From assembly GCA_003216755.1 (NCBI GenBank), contig QCIJ01000007.1:10190-74189 (forward strand): 64,000 nt of DNA, in the 5' to 3' direction. The notes below the pieces were generated by a model. It saw only the letters and a program-made list of their open reading frames with translations, was not told where the DNA came from and did not search any database. Numbering within the stretch: the stretch's first letter is position 1; every line of letters starts with the position of its first letter. This document shows, in pieces, positions 8,601-18,028 of this stretch. The position numbers and the translations under genes are program-made. The stretch is from Prochlorococcus sp. AG-402-K22 (GTDB lineage Bacteria; Cyanobacteriota; Cyanobacteriia; PCC-6307; Cyanobiaceae).

Positions 8601-11113
8601 AAGGCACTGACCATTTCAATATCACCATCGCCATCTTTATCAATTAGAAATGCAGAACCATCAATGATGCTATAGTTCCTGTAAGGCACTTCCTCAGCAC
8701 TTAGAAGTGCATCGATATCAGAATTCTTACCAGCAGTTAGATTTAGAGTTAATGAATTGTTTGGATCCTGATCTACCGGCTGGTCATAATAGTTGATTGA
8801 ATATTGCAGTCCGTCGATAAAGTTATCAAAATCAGCTCCATGCTTACTGGGATCATATGTGATGATTGTTGAGTTAAAGACAAAGGATTCATCCTGATTA
8901 TTGGTTTTAATGATCCGGTTTATATTCTGATCACTTTCTTCCAGCTGCAATTGAACAATCGCAGAGCCGTTGGCTAACGTATCAACAGAAAAATCTAATT
9001 CATTTATTGGGGTTTCTATTGTTACATCATCTGCAATCGTCAGACCTTTTGCTTCCAGGGCTTGTTTAATCTGATCAAGTCTGGTTACGTCTTCTCCATC
9101 TGAGTTTGTTTTAATTACGCGATTTACATCTTTAATTTCTGAATGACTTATTATTGAATCACTTGTTGAAGATGAATCAATAATGACCATATTATTGTTT
9201 GTATTTGCTGCAATTTTTGCTGAGCCTTCTTTAAATTTATCTAGGAAATTATTTTCTTGATTGGAATCAAGTTTGAATTTATTAAATATATTATCGACAG
9301 CAGAATCGACATTACTAATTTGGCTCCAGTTTTTACCAATACCTGAGCGAGTCCAGGTTTTTGAGGTATGACTTAGATTCCATGAATTCAATCTATTTAT
9401 TGCTTGGTCCTGATAACTCAATACATCTTCAATATCAGGTTTGATTTTAAATTTGAGCGCCTGTTTAACTGTATTATCTTCTGATTTAGCAAAAACTCGG
9501 AAGGCACCCTTCTTTAGATCAGCTTGTGATTTTCCTGTCTTGAAGTAGAGCCATCCATAATCACTTGCAGTTTTATCATTTTGATAATCAATAACGGAAC
9601 GTAATTTCTTGGGAATACGTACAGAACCCCAGGTTTTATCTCCAAATCCTGAGACATCATGAATATTAAATAGATGAGAAGAAGTTATTCCAGATGTTTC
9701 GGTATTTTCAGCTTTAAGTGTCTTTGCTTTGGTTTCCGTTGTGTTATCGGGGTTGATAATAAATTCGTTTTCCAATACATCATTAATACCTATGGTGACT
9801 GTCTTAGATGTATTAAATGTTCCATCATTTGCTATGACTGTGAATTTTAATTCGCTTCCATCAACTTCATAGTCAGGACTTGAGGCTAATGCAACATTGC
9901 CATTGCTATCAACAGAAAACTTGGAATAATCAAACTCTTCTTTTAATGACCATGTTATTGCAGATTCATCTCTAGCAGTTGCACTGTAAATAACGGTTGA
10001 TGATGCTGTGTTTTCATCAATAGCACTGGCAGTTGATAATGAAGTGAATACTGGGGCTTCATTAACATCCTTAATATTGACATCTAAACCTTGAGTATCT
10101 GTTAACTCTCCATCAGTTGATTCAATTGTCGTTGAATAAGAAGATTTGGACTCATAATCAGGACTATCTTTAAATCTTATTCTTCCTTCAGTATCTATAG
10201 TAAAACTTAAAGAATCTCCACCTGCTAAAGAAAATGTGATTGAATCACCAATGTCTTCATCAGTTGCGGAGACATCATAAACAGTAGTAGATGCAGGAGT
10301 GTTTTCATTCCAGGAAACTGTTTTTTGATTACCACTATTGGAAGTTATTACTGGCGCTTCATTTATATCTACAATATTTACATTAAGATCTTGAGTATCT
10401 TTAAACTCTCCATCACTTGCTTCAATTGTCGTTGAATAAGAAGATTTGGACTCATAATCAGGACTATCTTTAAATCTTATTCTTCCTTCAGAATCTATTG
10501 TAAAATTTGAAGATTCTTCACCTTTTAAAGAAAATGTAATTGAATCACCTATGTCTTCATCAATTGCATAGACTTGATAAACAGTAGTAGATGCAGAAGT
10601 GTTTTCATCCAAATTAATATCTTTGGCATTACCGTCGTTAGAAGTTATTTCTAGAGGTTCATTAACATCATTGATTTCAATGGTAAATTCATCATATTTA
10701 ATCGGTCCATTTTTTAAGGAAACTTTAACTTCATATTTATTTTTTGTTTCATAATCAGGCGGATTAATAAAATGGAGACGCCCTGTATTATTAGCAACTC
10801 CAAACATTGAATTAGCAGAACCTGTTGAGCTATACTCTATTGGCTTGTTCTCGTTACCAGTTGCTAAACTCATATTTTCATCAAAATAAAAATATTCGTT
10901 GTCTTCTGCTAAATGACCTTCGAAATCATATAATCTGTAAAATGAACGAGCTACCGCAGCGAAACCATTATGTCCGTAGCTGTAGTAGTCATGTATTAAA
11001 GGATTGGTATTTTCATCTACAACTATTGGTGAATCTACTGCATTGAAATTGGTAGTATAGCCATAATTGATATTAATCGGCGGAATATAAACTGAAACAG
11101 CTGAAGACCCCAT
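5657..11113 (-). CDS. Giant Asp/Ser/Thr-rich surface protein: cadherin repeats, bacterial Ig domains, cohesin-like region, C-terminal dockerin-like double Ca-binding loop
   Basis: Five PDYE cadherin motifs with DVNEAP-type linkers; Ig-like segments (VNDATPNLTGT, FSEATTDF..FTDEAGN); GDLNYDGRVSMKDL..DVDADYDGEITTKDL dockerin pattern. Confidence 0.85.
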   Translation of the reverse strand: MGSSAVSVYIPPININYGYTTNFNAVDSPIVVDENTNPLIHDYYSYGHNGFAAVARSFYRLYDFEGHLAEDNEYFYFDENMSLATGNENKPIEYSSTGSANSMFGVANNTGRLHFINPPDYETKNKYEVKVSLKNGPIKYDEFTIEINDVNEPLEITSNDGNAKDINLDENTSASTTVYQVYAIDEDIGDSITFSLKGEESSNFTIDSEGRIRFKDSPDYESKSSYSTTIEASDGEFKDTQDLNVNIVDINEAPVITSNSGNQKTVSWNENTPASTTVYDVSATDEDIGDSITFSLAGGDSLSFTIDTEGRIRFKDSPDYESKSSYSTTIESTDGELTDTQGLDVNIKDVNEAPVFTSLSTASAIDENTASSTVIYSATARDESAITWSLKEEFDYSKFSVDSNGNVALASSPDYEVDGSELKFTVIANDGTFNTSKTVTIGINDVLENEFIINPDNTTETKAKTLKAENTETSGITSSHLFNIHDVSGFGDKTWGSVRIPKKLRSVIDYQNDKTASDYGWLYFKTGKSQADLKKGAFRVFAKSEDNTVKQALKFKIKPDIEDVLSYQDQAINRLNSWNLSHTSKTWTRSGIGKNWSQISNVDSAVDNIFNKFKLDSNQENNFLDKFKEGSAKIAANTNNNMVIIDSSSTSDSIISHSEIKDVNRVIKTNSDGEDVTRLDQIKQALEAKGLTIADDVTIETPINELDFSVDTLANGSAIVQLQLEESDQNINRIIKTNNQDESFVFNSTIITYDPSKHGADFDNFIDGLQYSINYYDQPVDQDPNNSLTLNLTAGKNSDIDALLSAEEVPYRNYSIIDGSAFLIDKDGDGDIEMVSAFLLDQGFFDTDTQVGLIRDPIIPIVSPIPGTPGVDGSGNPLVNDATPNLTGTTDNSGNIINLYAEDGTTLLASTISGSDNTWSISDGDFSGNTIADGTHSLKVTASDDGGESTAADFVITIDTLSPKVDSINVSQGINGFSSNDESINVSFIFSEATTDFDINDIYLTGGDISRLSGFSGIGKSYSVTFTPDSDGTKTISIAGGAFTDEAGNTNDVSSTFTWTYDSTGPTITSSTTAEVNENIEVGSTVYTVTADDGSGTGVKANSFAITGTDAGLLTLDSKTGEVTIDAIPDYETKSSYSFTVAATDEVNNTTTKDVTLSINNIDDGSSTFEIRGIAKVGETMTVGYNLKETAVDADNSGNVLDGSYSYDWQLSDNGGESWTTVASDEDYKITTADVDKKLRALVSYTDEGGFKHTDIASSNSLDTVSLAAIAVDTNNSLIEYQYRLQKSGSDVDLGGVIGYSNDNNTNSAYGDISYDLIVEAKTLTNGDINGKDVIWDLESFDVTLDFNYDLFSNWDASGVSVSFGDEVNNAKSYDYSIDALSADSVRIIGATLSKLNEENGIQDSYKELFTLTGLKFDASGTKAFVDEGNQFVDVDISTNIYDTVVANYQSTDDDETKDNAYIKSLNGLGYTDVNDGGSVDDTTYKTYIHNAYVDLDEQGTTLYTQRSIGSNDKTYLIRDGSTVDAKAWWANLGNYGVKAEDVNLSISDTTNFKLMELSVGENGKYDFVSSYSVDTVTDLSGSELINGGSVDLSTGFDDSGNANKTSWDGSGSENIELRFKVQVDGKVGQRLDELETDFYTLEGKDTDGYESKSAKLTNNIITFQGDLNYDGRVSMKDLAYLNAGKLNAIQNGDQAADDVDADYDGEITTKDLTILDRDWGGTIHSDSLTTDSEWESKSWASLGYMDGDVINNISDTEVDYENSAFAAQKLIDSDHPDPLAGDIYSGEGDLYTGSNLFADDTKDFGVDSDPITGYDPT
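10051..10650. repeat. Tandem 300-bp intragenic duplication encoding two cadherin domains
   Basis: Lines at 10141 and 10441 are identical over more than 50 bp; unit boundaries at 10051, 10351, 10651. Confidence 0.9.
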
Positions 11114-11414
11114 TTATAAATATTTTTTTATCTACTTTTTTACAAATATAATATCAAATAAATGTTTATTTTAATATTGTTGTCAAAGATTCGAAATGAT
11201 ATTTTTTAATAGCAGTACATTGTCAAAACCTTTGCTTTTTGTATCTATTAATACATTATTTTAGTTTCAATAATTGATTCATTAATCTTCCTAAATGTAA
11301 GTATTTAATTTGTTTTTAAAAAAATTTTTTATTATTGATACTAATTAATTAATTTAAATTTAAGGTCTTAAAATTGCAAAGTTACTTATTATTATTTTTT
11401 TATTAAAAAGAAGA

Positions 11415-12008
11415 GTGAAAAAAAATTATTTTGTCTCCAAATTATTTATTGATAATATGATTTGTAAGGTTTTTATGAAGCGTTCTTTAGAATTCCATCC
11501 TGGATTATATGTTTGGAATATTGGTTTTGCTGTAGGAAAATCAAATAGACAATTAAATGACTGGTATTGGGAAAAAAAGAATAAAAGATCCTCTTCATTA
11601 AAGCTTAAATTAATTGGAAAATCTGGTCTAAAGTTTATTAGGTATGGTTATGAAGAAGTACTAAAGTTACGGTGGGAAATAGCCCCTGGAGATTTGATAG
11701 TTATTGATTGCACATCAGCCGAGCCTGAAAAGCAATTTCGTGCTTTTCATAGATGGCAAAGAAAACATCCAGAAACTTTTGTAGATGAAAAACAAAAACT
11801 ATTTATTTGGCATAGACCCCCTCATTACATGGATCCTGTATGGAAGAAATATAAAATAATTGGCAAAGTACCAAAATATCCATCTCAAAGTATTTCACGA
11901 GAGAGATATTTACAATGTTTTGATACTGAGGCGTTAAATAAAAATTATCACGATATCATGCTTAATATTAATATTCCAAAATTTGATTTGAATTCAATTC
12001 AAAGTTAA
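11415..12008 (+). CDS. Hypothetical basic, Trp-rich protein
   Basis: 197-aa ORF with GTG start; no family recognised. Confidence 0.6.
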   Translation: MKKNYFVSKLFIDNMICKVFMKRSLEFHPGLYVWNIGFAVGKSNRQLNDWYWEKKNKRSSSLKLKLIGKSGLKFIRYGYEEVLKLRWEIAPGDLIVIDCTSAEPEKQFRAFHRWQRKHPETFVDEKQKLFIWHRPPHYMDPVWKKYKIIGKVPKYPSQSISRERYLQCFDTEALNKNYHDIMLNINIPKFDLNSIQS

Positions 12009-12134
12009 GACCAATTTTTTTATTATTTTTCTAAATATTTTAATCCAAACTAAAAATTAATATTTTATACATTAAACAAATACCTTATGCTACGAGGGAG
12101 TTACTAAGCTTATCTTTTGTTGAGTTTTAAATTT

Positions 12135-12704
12135 TTAAAACTTTGGAATAGATACTCCCACGTAATTATTTATTGGTTTAACAATATTTGGATCATAATC
12201 AATAAGAGATTTTAGTTTGATTTGTAAGTCTGAATATTCAATTTCATTTTCAAAGTAAAGAGAGAACATGTATCTAGGTTCGGATTTATTAGTTACACCA
12301 TGAAAAGCTTGATTATTAAAAAGATAGTAAGTACGAGGTTCATACATTAACTCTGCACAATCAGAGTAATAGCCATCATTTCTATTTTCAATAAAGAAAC
12401 AATGAGCATCTTTTTCTGAAACAAGCATATTAATAGTGCTACGCCTGTACTGATCTTTATGAAATTGATAAAAACTGTCAGGAGGTGTTTTAAGTATCCC
12501 TAATTGTTTTATTGGTTGTAATTTATTAATACTTCTAAGCGCATAATCTTTTTGTATCCAATTACTATCAACCTCTATTGCATCCCAACCCAAATGTGTT
12601 TCCCATGCCAAGTCTTTGTCATGAGTAACAATTTCATTAAGATAGTCAAATAATTCTCCTGACTTAATGCTTAAAGGCGTGAAAAACTTATCTGTATTTA
12701 ACAA
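12135..12704 (-). CDS. Putative Fe(II)/2-oxoglutarate dioxygenase (double-stranded beta-helix fold)
   Basis: HxD (FHKD), distal His (YLFNNQAFHGVTN) and downstream Arg (EPRYMFSL). Confidence 0.6.
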   Translation of the reverse strand: MLNTDKFFTPLSIKSGELFDYLNEIVTHDKDLAWETHLGWDAIEVDSNWIQKDYALRSINKLQPIKQLGILKTPPDSFYQFHKDQYRRSTINMLVSEKDAHCFFIENRNDGYYSDCAELMYEPRTYYLFNNQAFHGVTNKSEPRYMFSLYFENEIEYSDLQIKLKSLIDYDPNIVKPINNYVGVSIPKF

Positions 12705-12712
12705 GGTTTTAT

Positions 12713-12734
12713 AAAGTTTGACAAAAGTTAGACT
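12713..12734 (+). repeat. 11-bp tandem repeat (putative arm sites at the ychF-proximal end)
   Basis: AAAGTTTGACA followed by AAAGTTAGACT; AAAGTTAGACTA is identical to 5389-5400. Confidence 0.7.
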
Positions 12735-12778
12735 ATTCCTTACTTTAGCATGTCAAATCGATTGCTAAAACTGGACTC

Positions 12779-13870
12779 TTACACATTAAATAAGAACTCC
12801 ATTACATCTCCTTCATTAACAATATATTCCTTACCTTCACTTCTTAAAAGACCTTTAGTTTTTGCATTGGCAATTGAACCTGAATCAATTAAATTTTGAT
12901 ACGAAATAGTCTGAGCTCTTATAAATCCTTTTTCAAAATCAGTATGAATTACTCCTGCTGCCTGAGGCGCAGTCATCCCATCTTTTATGGTCCATGCTTT
13001 TGTCTCCTTTTCTCCCGTAGTGAAATAAGTTTTTAATCCCAATAATTTATATGTTGATCTAATTAAAGAACTTAATCCCCCTTCTTTTACTCCTAAACCA
13101 ATAAGGTAGTCTTTTTTATCTTCTGGTTCTAACTCTATTAATTCAGATTCGACTTGCGCTGATATTTTTATACATTCTGTATTTTCATTGCTTGCAAAAC
13201 TCTGAACTTTTGATGAAAAATCATTACCTTCAGCTAAATCATTTTCATTCAAATTAGTTGCGTAAATAATTGGTTTAGCAGTAAGGAAGCCTAATTGCTT
13301 AATTATTAAATTTTCTTCTTCATTCAAAGATATTGATCTAACTGAAAGGCCTTTCTCTAGCTCTTCTTCAATTTTTTCTAGTAAATTATCTTCTTTTGCT
13401 GCCTCTTTACTAGTTCTAACCTGTTTTTTAATTCTTTCTCTTCTTTTTTGGAGTTGAGATAAATCAGCTAAATTCAATTCCAAATTAATTATCTCAATGT
13501 CATCCAGGGGATCTACCTTTCCAGAAACATGAATAACATCACTATCTTCAAAGCACCTTACAACATGAACTATTGCATCAACCTCCCTAATATTTGACAA
13601 AAATTTATTTCCCAAACCTTCGCCTTTACTAGCTCCTTTTACTAGTCCTGCGATATCTACAAATTCAATTTTTGTTGGGATAATATTTTGGCTAGAACTT
13701 AAATTACCTAACTCTTGCAACCTTTGATCTGGGACTGAAACTATGCCTTTATTAGGTTCTATAGTACAAAAGGGAAAATTAGCCGCTTGGGCTTTTGCAT
13801 TTTCTACAAGTGCATTAAATAAAGTTGATTTTCCAACATTTGGTAATCCAATAATACCGGCTTTTAACAT
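12779..13870 (-). CDS. ychF: Redox-regulated ATPase/GTPase YchF
   Basis: GIIGLPNVGKST, NFPFCTIEPN, DIAGLVKGAS, IHTDFEKGFIRA. Confidence 0.98.
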   Translation of the reverse strand: MLKAGIIGLPNVGKSTLFNALVENAKAQAANFPFCTIEPNKGIVSVPDQRLQELGNLSSSQNIIPTKIEFVDIAGLVKGASKGEGLGNKFLSNIREVDAIVHVVRCFEDSDVIHVSGKVDPLDDIEIINLELNLADLSQLQKRRERIKKQVRTSKEAAKEDNLLEKIEEELEKGLSVRSISLNEEENLIIKQLGFLTAKPIIYATNLNENDLAEGNDFSSKVQSFASNENTECIKISAQVESELIELEPEDKKDYLIGLGVKEGGLSSLIRSTYKLLGLKTYFTTGEKETKAWTIKDGMTAPQAAGVIHTDFEKGFIRAQTISYQNLIDSGSIANAKTKGLLRSEGKEYIVNEGDVMEFLFNV

Positions 13871-14015
13871 TTGAAAAAAATTATGGAAAAAATTATTCAG
13901 AAAACATCTTCTAGTAATATAGTATTTACTTAACCAATCTTGGATAAGTTAATTATAATCGACTTGATTATTTATTTAGTTCCCAAATATTCTCAATTAC
14001 TGTTTTTCAAAAGAA

Positions 14016-15077
14016 ATGCTTGATTTAATAAAAAAAAATATAAATCTAAGAAGTGGAATTATATTACTTTCTTTAACTATATTTTTCGTTTTTATAACCA
14101 ATTCCTTCAAAAAAAATAAGTCAAAAGATATTTCTGATTTTGTAGTTCAAGTTGAAAAAGGAATCCTCTCAGATTCAATTAATACAAGTGGTGAAGTAAA
14201 AGCAATCAGGACAAGCAATATTGGACCTCGGAAGCAAGGTGTAATAAAAGAAATCAAAGTAGATGAGGGCGATCTTGTAAAAAAAGATCAGGTTTTAGCT
14301 TCACTTGATGATGAAGACTTTATCTATAAAATTGAAGAACTTGAATTAAATGTAGAAAAACAAAAATCTGAATTTTTAAGAAGAGAATATTTATATCAAG
14401 AAGGTGCAGTAAGCAAAGAAGATTACGAAAGTTATAAAAATAACTACAACATTAGTAGCGTCAAACTTAATGATGCAAAAGCTGAAAAAAGTTTCTATCT
14501 AATTAAAGCTCCTTATGGAGGAAAGATAACTGCAAAATATGCGGAGATAGGATCTTATGTCACACCAAGTACAAACTTAAGTTCAGATCCTAAAACCAAA
14601 AACTTTATTTTTGAACTATCAGAGGGTCTTGAAATTGTTGCCAAAGTTCCTGAGAGTGACATTGGCAGAATAAAAATAGGTCAAGAAGCCTCAGTAAGAA
14701 TTGAGTCTTATCCCTCAAAAAAATATAGTGCCATAGTTAAAAAAATAGCTACAAGAGCTGTTAAAGATAATAATGTAACCTCATTCGAAGTAACTTTAAA
14801 TTTTAAAGATATTTTTGAAGAAATTAAAATTGGAATGACTGCAGATCTTGAATTTAGAGTCGAAGGTAATGAAGAAAAAATCCTAGTACCCACAGTTTCT
14901 ATTGTCACAGAAAAAGGTGAAAAAGGAATTTTGAAAGTTGATAAAAACAATTCCCCCAAATTTGAAAAAATTGAAATTGGTATTAGTAGTGGAAATAAAA
15001 CTTCAGTAATTGATGGATTAGAACCTGGAGAGCAAATCTTTATTGATATTCCACCTTGGGCTAAAAAGAGAAAATGA
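14016..15077 (+). CDS. RND efflux membrane fusion (periplasmic adaptor) protein
   Basis: N-terminal TM, VDEGDLVKKDQVLA lipoyl half, IKAPYGG, VPESDIGRIKIGQ. Confidence 0.9.
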   Translation: MLDLIKKNINLRSGIILLSLTIFFVFITNSFKKNKSKDISDFVVQVEKGILSDSINTSGEVKAIRTSNIGPRKQGVIKEIKVDEGDLVKKDQVLASLDDEDFIYKIEELELNVEKQKSEFLRREYLYQEGAVSKEDYESYKNNYNISSVKLNDAKAEKSFYLIKAPYGGKITAKYAEIGSYVTPSTNLSSDPKTKNFIFELSEGLEIVAKVPESDIGRIKIGQEASVRIESYPSKKYSAIVKKIATRAVKDNNVTSFEVTLNFKDIFEEIKIGMTADLEFRVEGNEEKILVPTVSIVTEKGEKGILKVDKNNSPKFEKIEIGISSGNKTSVIDGLEPGEQIFIDIPPWAKKRK

Positions 15078-18004
15078 GTTTAAAATCTGAAAACTCTAAA
15101 AAACCAATTTTACTTTTAGTCGATGGTCATTCACTTGCTTTTAGAAGCTTCTATGCATTTAGCAAAGGGATTGATGGAGGTTTAACAACCAAAGAGGGAT
15201 TCCCAACAAGTGTGACTTATGGATTTCTAAAAAGCCTTCTTGATAATTGCAAAAATATTAGTCCTGAGGGTGTTTGTATTACTTTTGATACCGAAAAACC
15301 TACTTTCAGACATGAATTAGATCCAAACTATAAGGCCAATAGAGATGTAGCACCAGATGTTTTTTTTCAGGATATTGAACAACTAGAAATCATTTTAGAA
15401 GAAAGCCTTAATTTACCAATTTTTAAATCTCCTGGTTACGAAGCAGATGATCTCCTAGGCACAATTGCAAATGATGCTTCTTCTAAAGGATGGTGCGTGA
15501 ATATTCTCTCTGGGGATCGGGACTTATTTCAATTAGTAGATGATCAAAAAGATATTTATGTACTTTATATGGGTGGTGGTCCATATGCAAAAAGTGGTAA
15601 TCCAACTCTTATTAATGAAAATGGAGTAAAAGAAAAATTAGGTGTTGCGCCAGAAAGAGTAGTTGATCTTAAAGCTCTAACTGGTGATAGTTCTGATAAT
15701 ATTCCAGGTATTAAAGGGGTAGGTCCAAAAACTGCAATTAATCTACTAAAAGAAAACGATACACTTGATGGGATTTATCATGCTTTGGAAAAGATTCAGC
15801 AGAACAATGATAAAAAATATAAAGGATTCATCAAAGGTTCGGTTATAGAAAAGCTCAGAAACGATAAGCATAATGCTTTTCTTTCTAGGGATTTAGCAAA
15901 AATAAATACTGAAGTGCCTTTGATATTAAGTGATGGTTATGAATTAAAAAATATAAATCAAGAACTTCTCTCAGAGTCACTGCAAAAACTTGAATTATCA
16001 ACACTACTTCGGCAAATTGATATTTTCAATTCAACTTTTAGTAAAGGTGGTTTTGACAAAAATAACGTTGCTAAAGAGGAGGAGAAAGATCCAAAGGTCC
16101 CTAGTAAAAGTGAATTAGAAAATAGTGAAAATAAAATCCCTAAAATCAAAGTAACTGTTGTAAATGATTTTGAATTACTTGATAAATTAATTCAAAGATT
16201 AGAAAAGACCAATGAGATAGTTTCTTTAGATACAGAGACTAATAGTTTAAATCCAATCGATGCAGAACTTGTTGGAATAGGGTTATGTCTTGGTGAAGAA
16301 AATGATGATTTATTTTATATACCTCTTGGTCATCAAACAAAAAAAGAGACCTCCAATCAATTATCAATTGAAGATGTTTTCTCAAAACTAAGAAATTGGA
16401 TAGAAGATCCAAACAAAGAAAAGGCTCTCCAAAATTCTAAATTTGATAGACAAATATTTTTTAATCATGGACTTGATCTTAAAGGCGTAACCTTTGACAC
16501 CTTGTTAGCAGACTACCTTCTTAATAATCAGGAGAAGCATGGGTTAAGTGAAATTAGTTTTAGATTATTTGGATTTAAGCCCCCTTCATTTAAGGAAACA
16601 GTTGGGAAGAATAAAGACTTTTCTTTTGTTAGTATTGATGAAGCAAGTATTTACTGCGGTTATGATGTTTTTCTAACTTTTAAGATCGTCAAAATTTTTA
16701 AAGAAAGATTTTCAAAGGAAAAAGATGAATTAATCAACTTGTTCGAAGAAATCGAGCTGCCTTTAGAGCCAGTATTGTCCCAAATGGAAATGAATGGCAT
16801 AACCATCGACATCCCTTATTTGGAAAAACTCTCAAAAGAACTAAAAAGTACCTTAGAAAATATTGAAAGTAAAGTTTATGAATTAGCAGAGGAGACTTTT
16901 AATCTATCTTCACCAAAACAACTTGGTGAGATCTTGTTTGAAAAATTAAATTTGGACAAAAAAAAATCACGGAAAACAAAAACAGGATGGAGTACAGATG
17001 CAGTAGTTCTTGAAAGATTAGTAGAAGAACATGAAATAATCCAACATTTAATAAAACACAGAACTCTTAGCAAATTACTTAGCACCTATATTGATGCTCT
17101 TCCAAATCTTATTAACGAAAAGACAAGAAGGGTGCATACAAACTTTAATCAAGCTGCCACAGCGACCGGGAGACTAAGTAGTAGCAATCCTAATCTTCAA
17201 AATATCCCTGTTAGGACTGAATTTAGTAGAAGAATCAGAAAAGCATTTTTGCCCGAAAAAAATTGGAAACTTTTATCAGCTGATTATTCTCAGATCGAAT
17301 TAAGAATACTTGCTCACTTAGCGGATGAAGAAATATTAATTAATGCATTTCACAAAAATGACGACATTCATTCTTTGACTGCAAGATTAATTTTCGAGAA
17401 AGAAGAAATATCATCCGACGAAAGGAGAGTTGGGAAAACAATAAATTTTGGAGTTATATATGGTATGGGGATAAAAAAGTTTGCCCGTTCAACAGGAGTA
17501 AGTACTCCAGAGGCAAAAGAATTCCTAATAAAATACAAAGAAAGATATTCAAAAATTTTCAAATTTCTTGAACTCCAAGAAAGACTTGCCTTATCAAAAG
17601 GTTATGTAAAAACAATTTTTGGTCGAAAGAGAGAATTTAAGTTTGATAAAAATGGACTTGGAAGATTAATAGGGAAAGATCCTTACGAAATTGACTTGCA
17701 ATCTGCGAGAAGGGCTGGCATGGAAGCACAATCATTAAGAGCCGCAGCTAATGCACCAATTCAAGGTTCAAGTGCTGACATTATTAAAATTGCAATGGTT
17801 CAACTAAATAAGAAATTCATAGAAATGAATGTTCCCGCCAAAATGCTTTTACAAGTACATGATGAATTATTGTTTGAAGTTGAACCAGATGCTTTGGAAA
17901 TTACGACGAAATTAGTTAAGAAGACTATGGAAGATTGTGTAAAATTAAATGTGCCTCTTTTAGTTGATATTGGTATTGGAGACAATTGGATGGAGACAAA
18001 ATAA
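15074..18004 (+). CDS. polA: DNA polymerase I
   Basis: 5'-3' exonuclease LVDGHSLAFR, DYSQIELR, LQVHDEL. Confidence 0.98.
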   Translation: MSLKSENSKKPILLLVDGHSLAFRSFYAFSKGIDGGLTTKEGFPTSVTYGFLKSLLDNCKNISPEGVCITFDTEKPTFRHELDPNYKANRDVAPDVFFQDIEQLEIILEESLNLPIFKSPGYEADDLLGTIANDASSKGWCVNILSGDRDLFQLVDDQKDIYVLYMGGGPYAKSGNPTLINENGVKEKLGVAPERVVDLKALTGDSSDNIPGIKGVGPKTAINLLKENDTLDGIYHALEKIQQNNDKKYKGFIKGSVIEKLRNDKHNAFLSRDLAKINTEVPLILSDGYELKNINQELLSESLQKLELSTLLRQIDIFNSTFSKGGFDKNNVAKEEEKDPKVPSKSELENSENKIPKIKVTVVNDFELLDKLIQRLEKTNEIVSLDTETNSLNPIDAELVGIGLCLGEENDDLFYIPLGHQTKKETSNQLSIEDVFSKLRNWIEDPNKEKALQNSKFDRQIFFNHGLDLKGVTFDTLLADYLLNNQEKHGLSEISFRLFGFKPPSFKETVGKNKDFSFVSIDEASIYCGYDVFLTFKIVKIFKERFSKEKDELINLFEEIELPLEPVLSQMEMNGITIDIPYLEKLSKELKSTLENIESKVYELAEETFNLSSPKQLGEILFEKLNLDKKKSRKTKTGWSTDAVVLERLVEEHEIIQHLIKHRTLSKLLSTYIDALPNLINEKTRRVHTNFNQAATATGRLSSSNPNLQNIPVRTEFSRRIRKAFLPEKNWKLLSADYSQIELRILAHLADEEILINAFHKNDDIHSLTARLIFEKEEISSDERRVGKTINFGVIYGMGIKKFARSTGVSTPEAKEFLIKYKERYSKIFKFLELQERLALSKGYVKTIFGRKREFKFDKNGLGRLIGKDPYEIDLQSARRAGMEAQSLRAAANAPIQGSSADIIKIAMVQLNKKFIEMNVPAKMLLQVHDELLFEVEPDALEITTKLVKKTMEDCVKLNVPLLVDIGIGDNWMETK

Positions 18005-18028
18005 ACCTTATGGAATACTTAATTTAAG

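Larger units (their letters stand above)
5321..12797. mobile_element. Integrase-less integrative element inserted in the 3' end of ychF (7462 bp repeat-to-repeat)
   Basis: Exact 15-bp direct repeat ACATTAAATAAGAAC at 5321-5335 and 12783-12797; both copies encode ychF C-terminal FLFNV* on the minus strand; paired GTTAGAC-type repeats just inside both ends; no integrase ORF inside. Confidence 0.8.

Noticed and set aside
12001-12014. AAAGTTAAGACCAA resembling an internal arm repeat of the ychF element
   Set aside because: Needs a 1-bp insertion, is unpaired and overlaps a stop codon; probably chance
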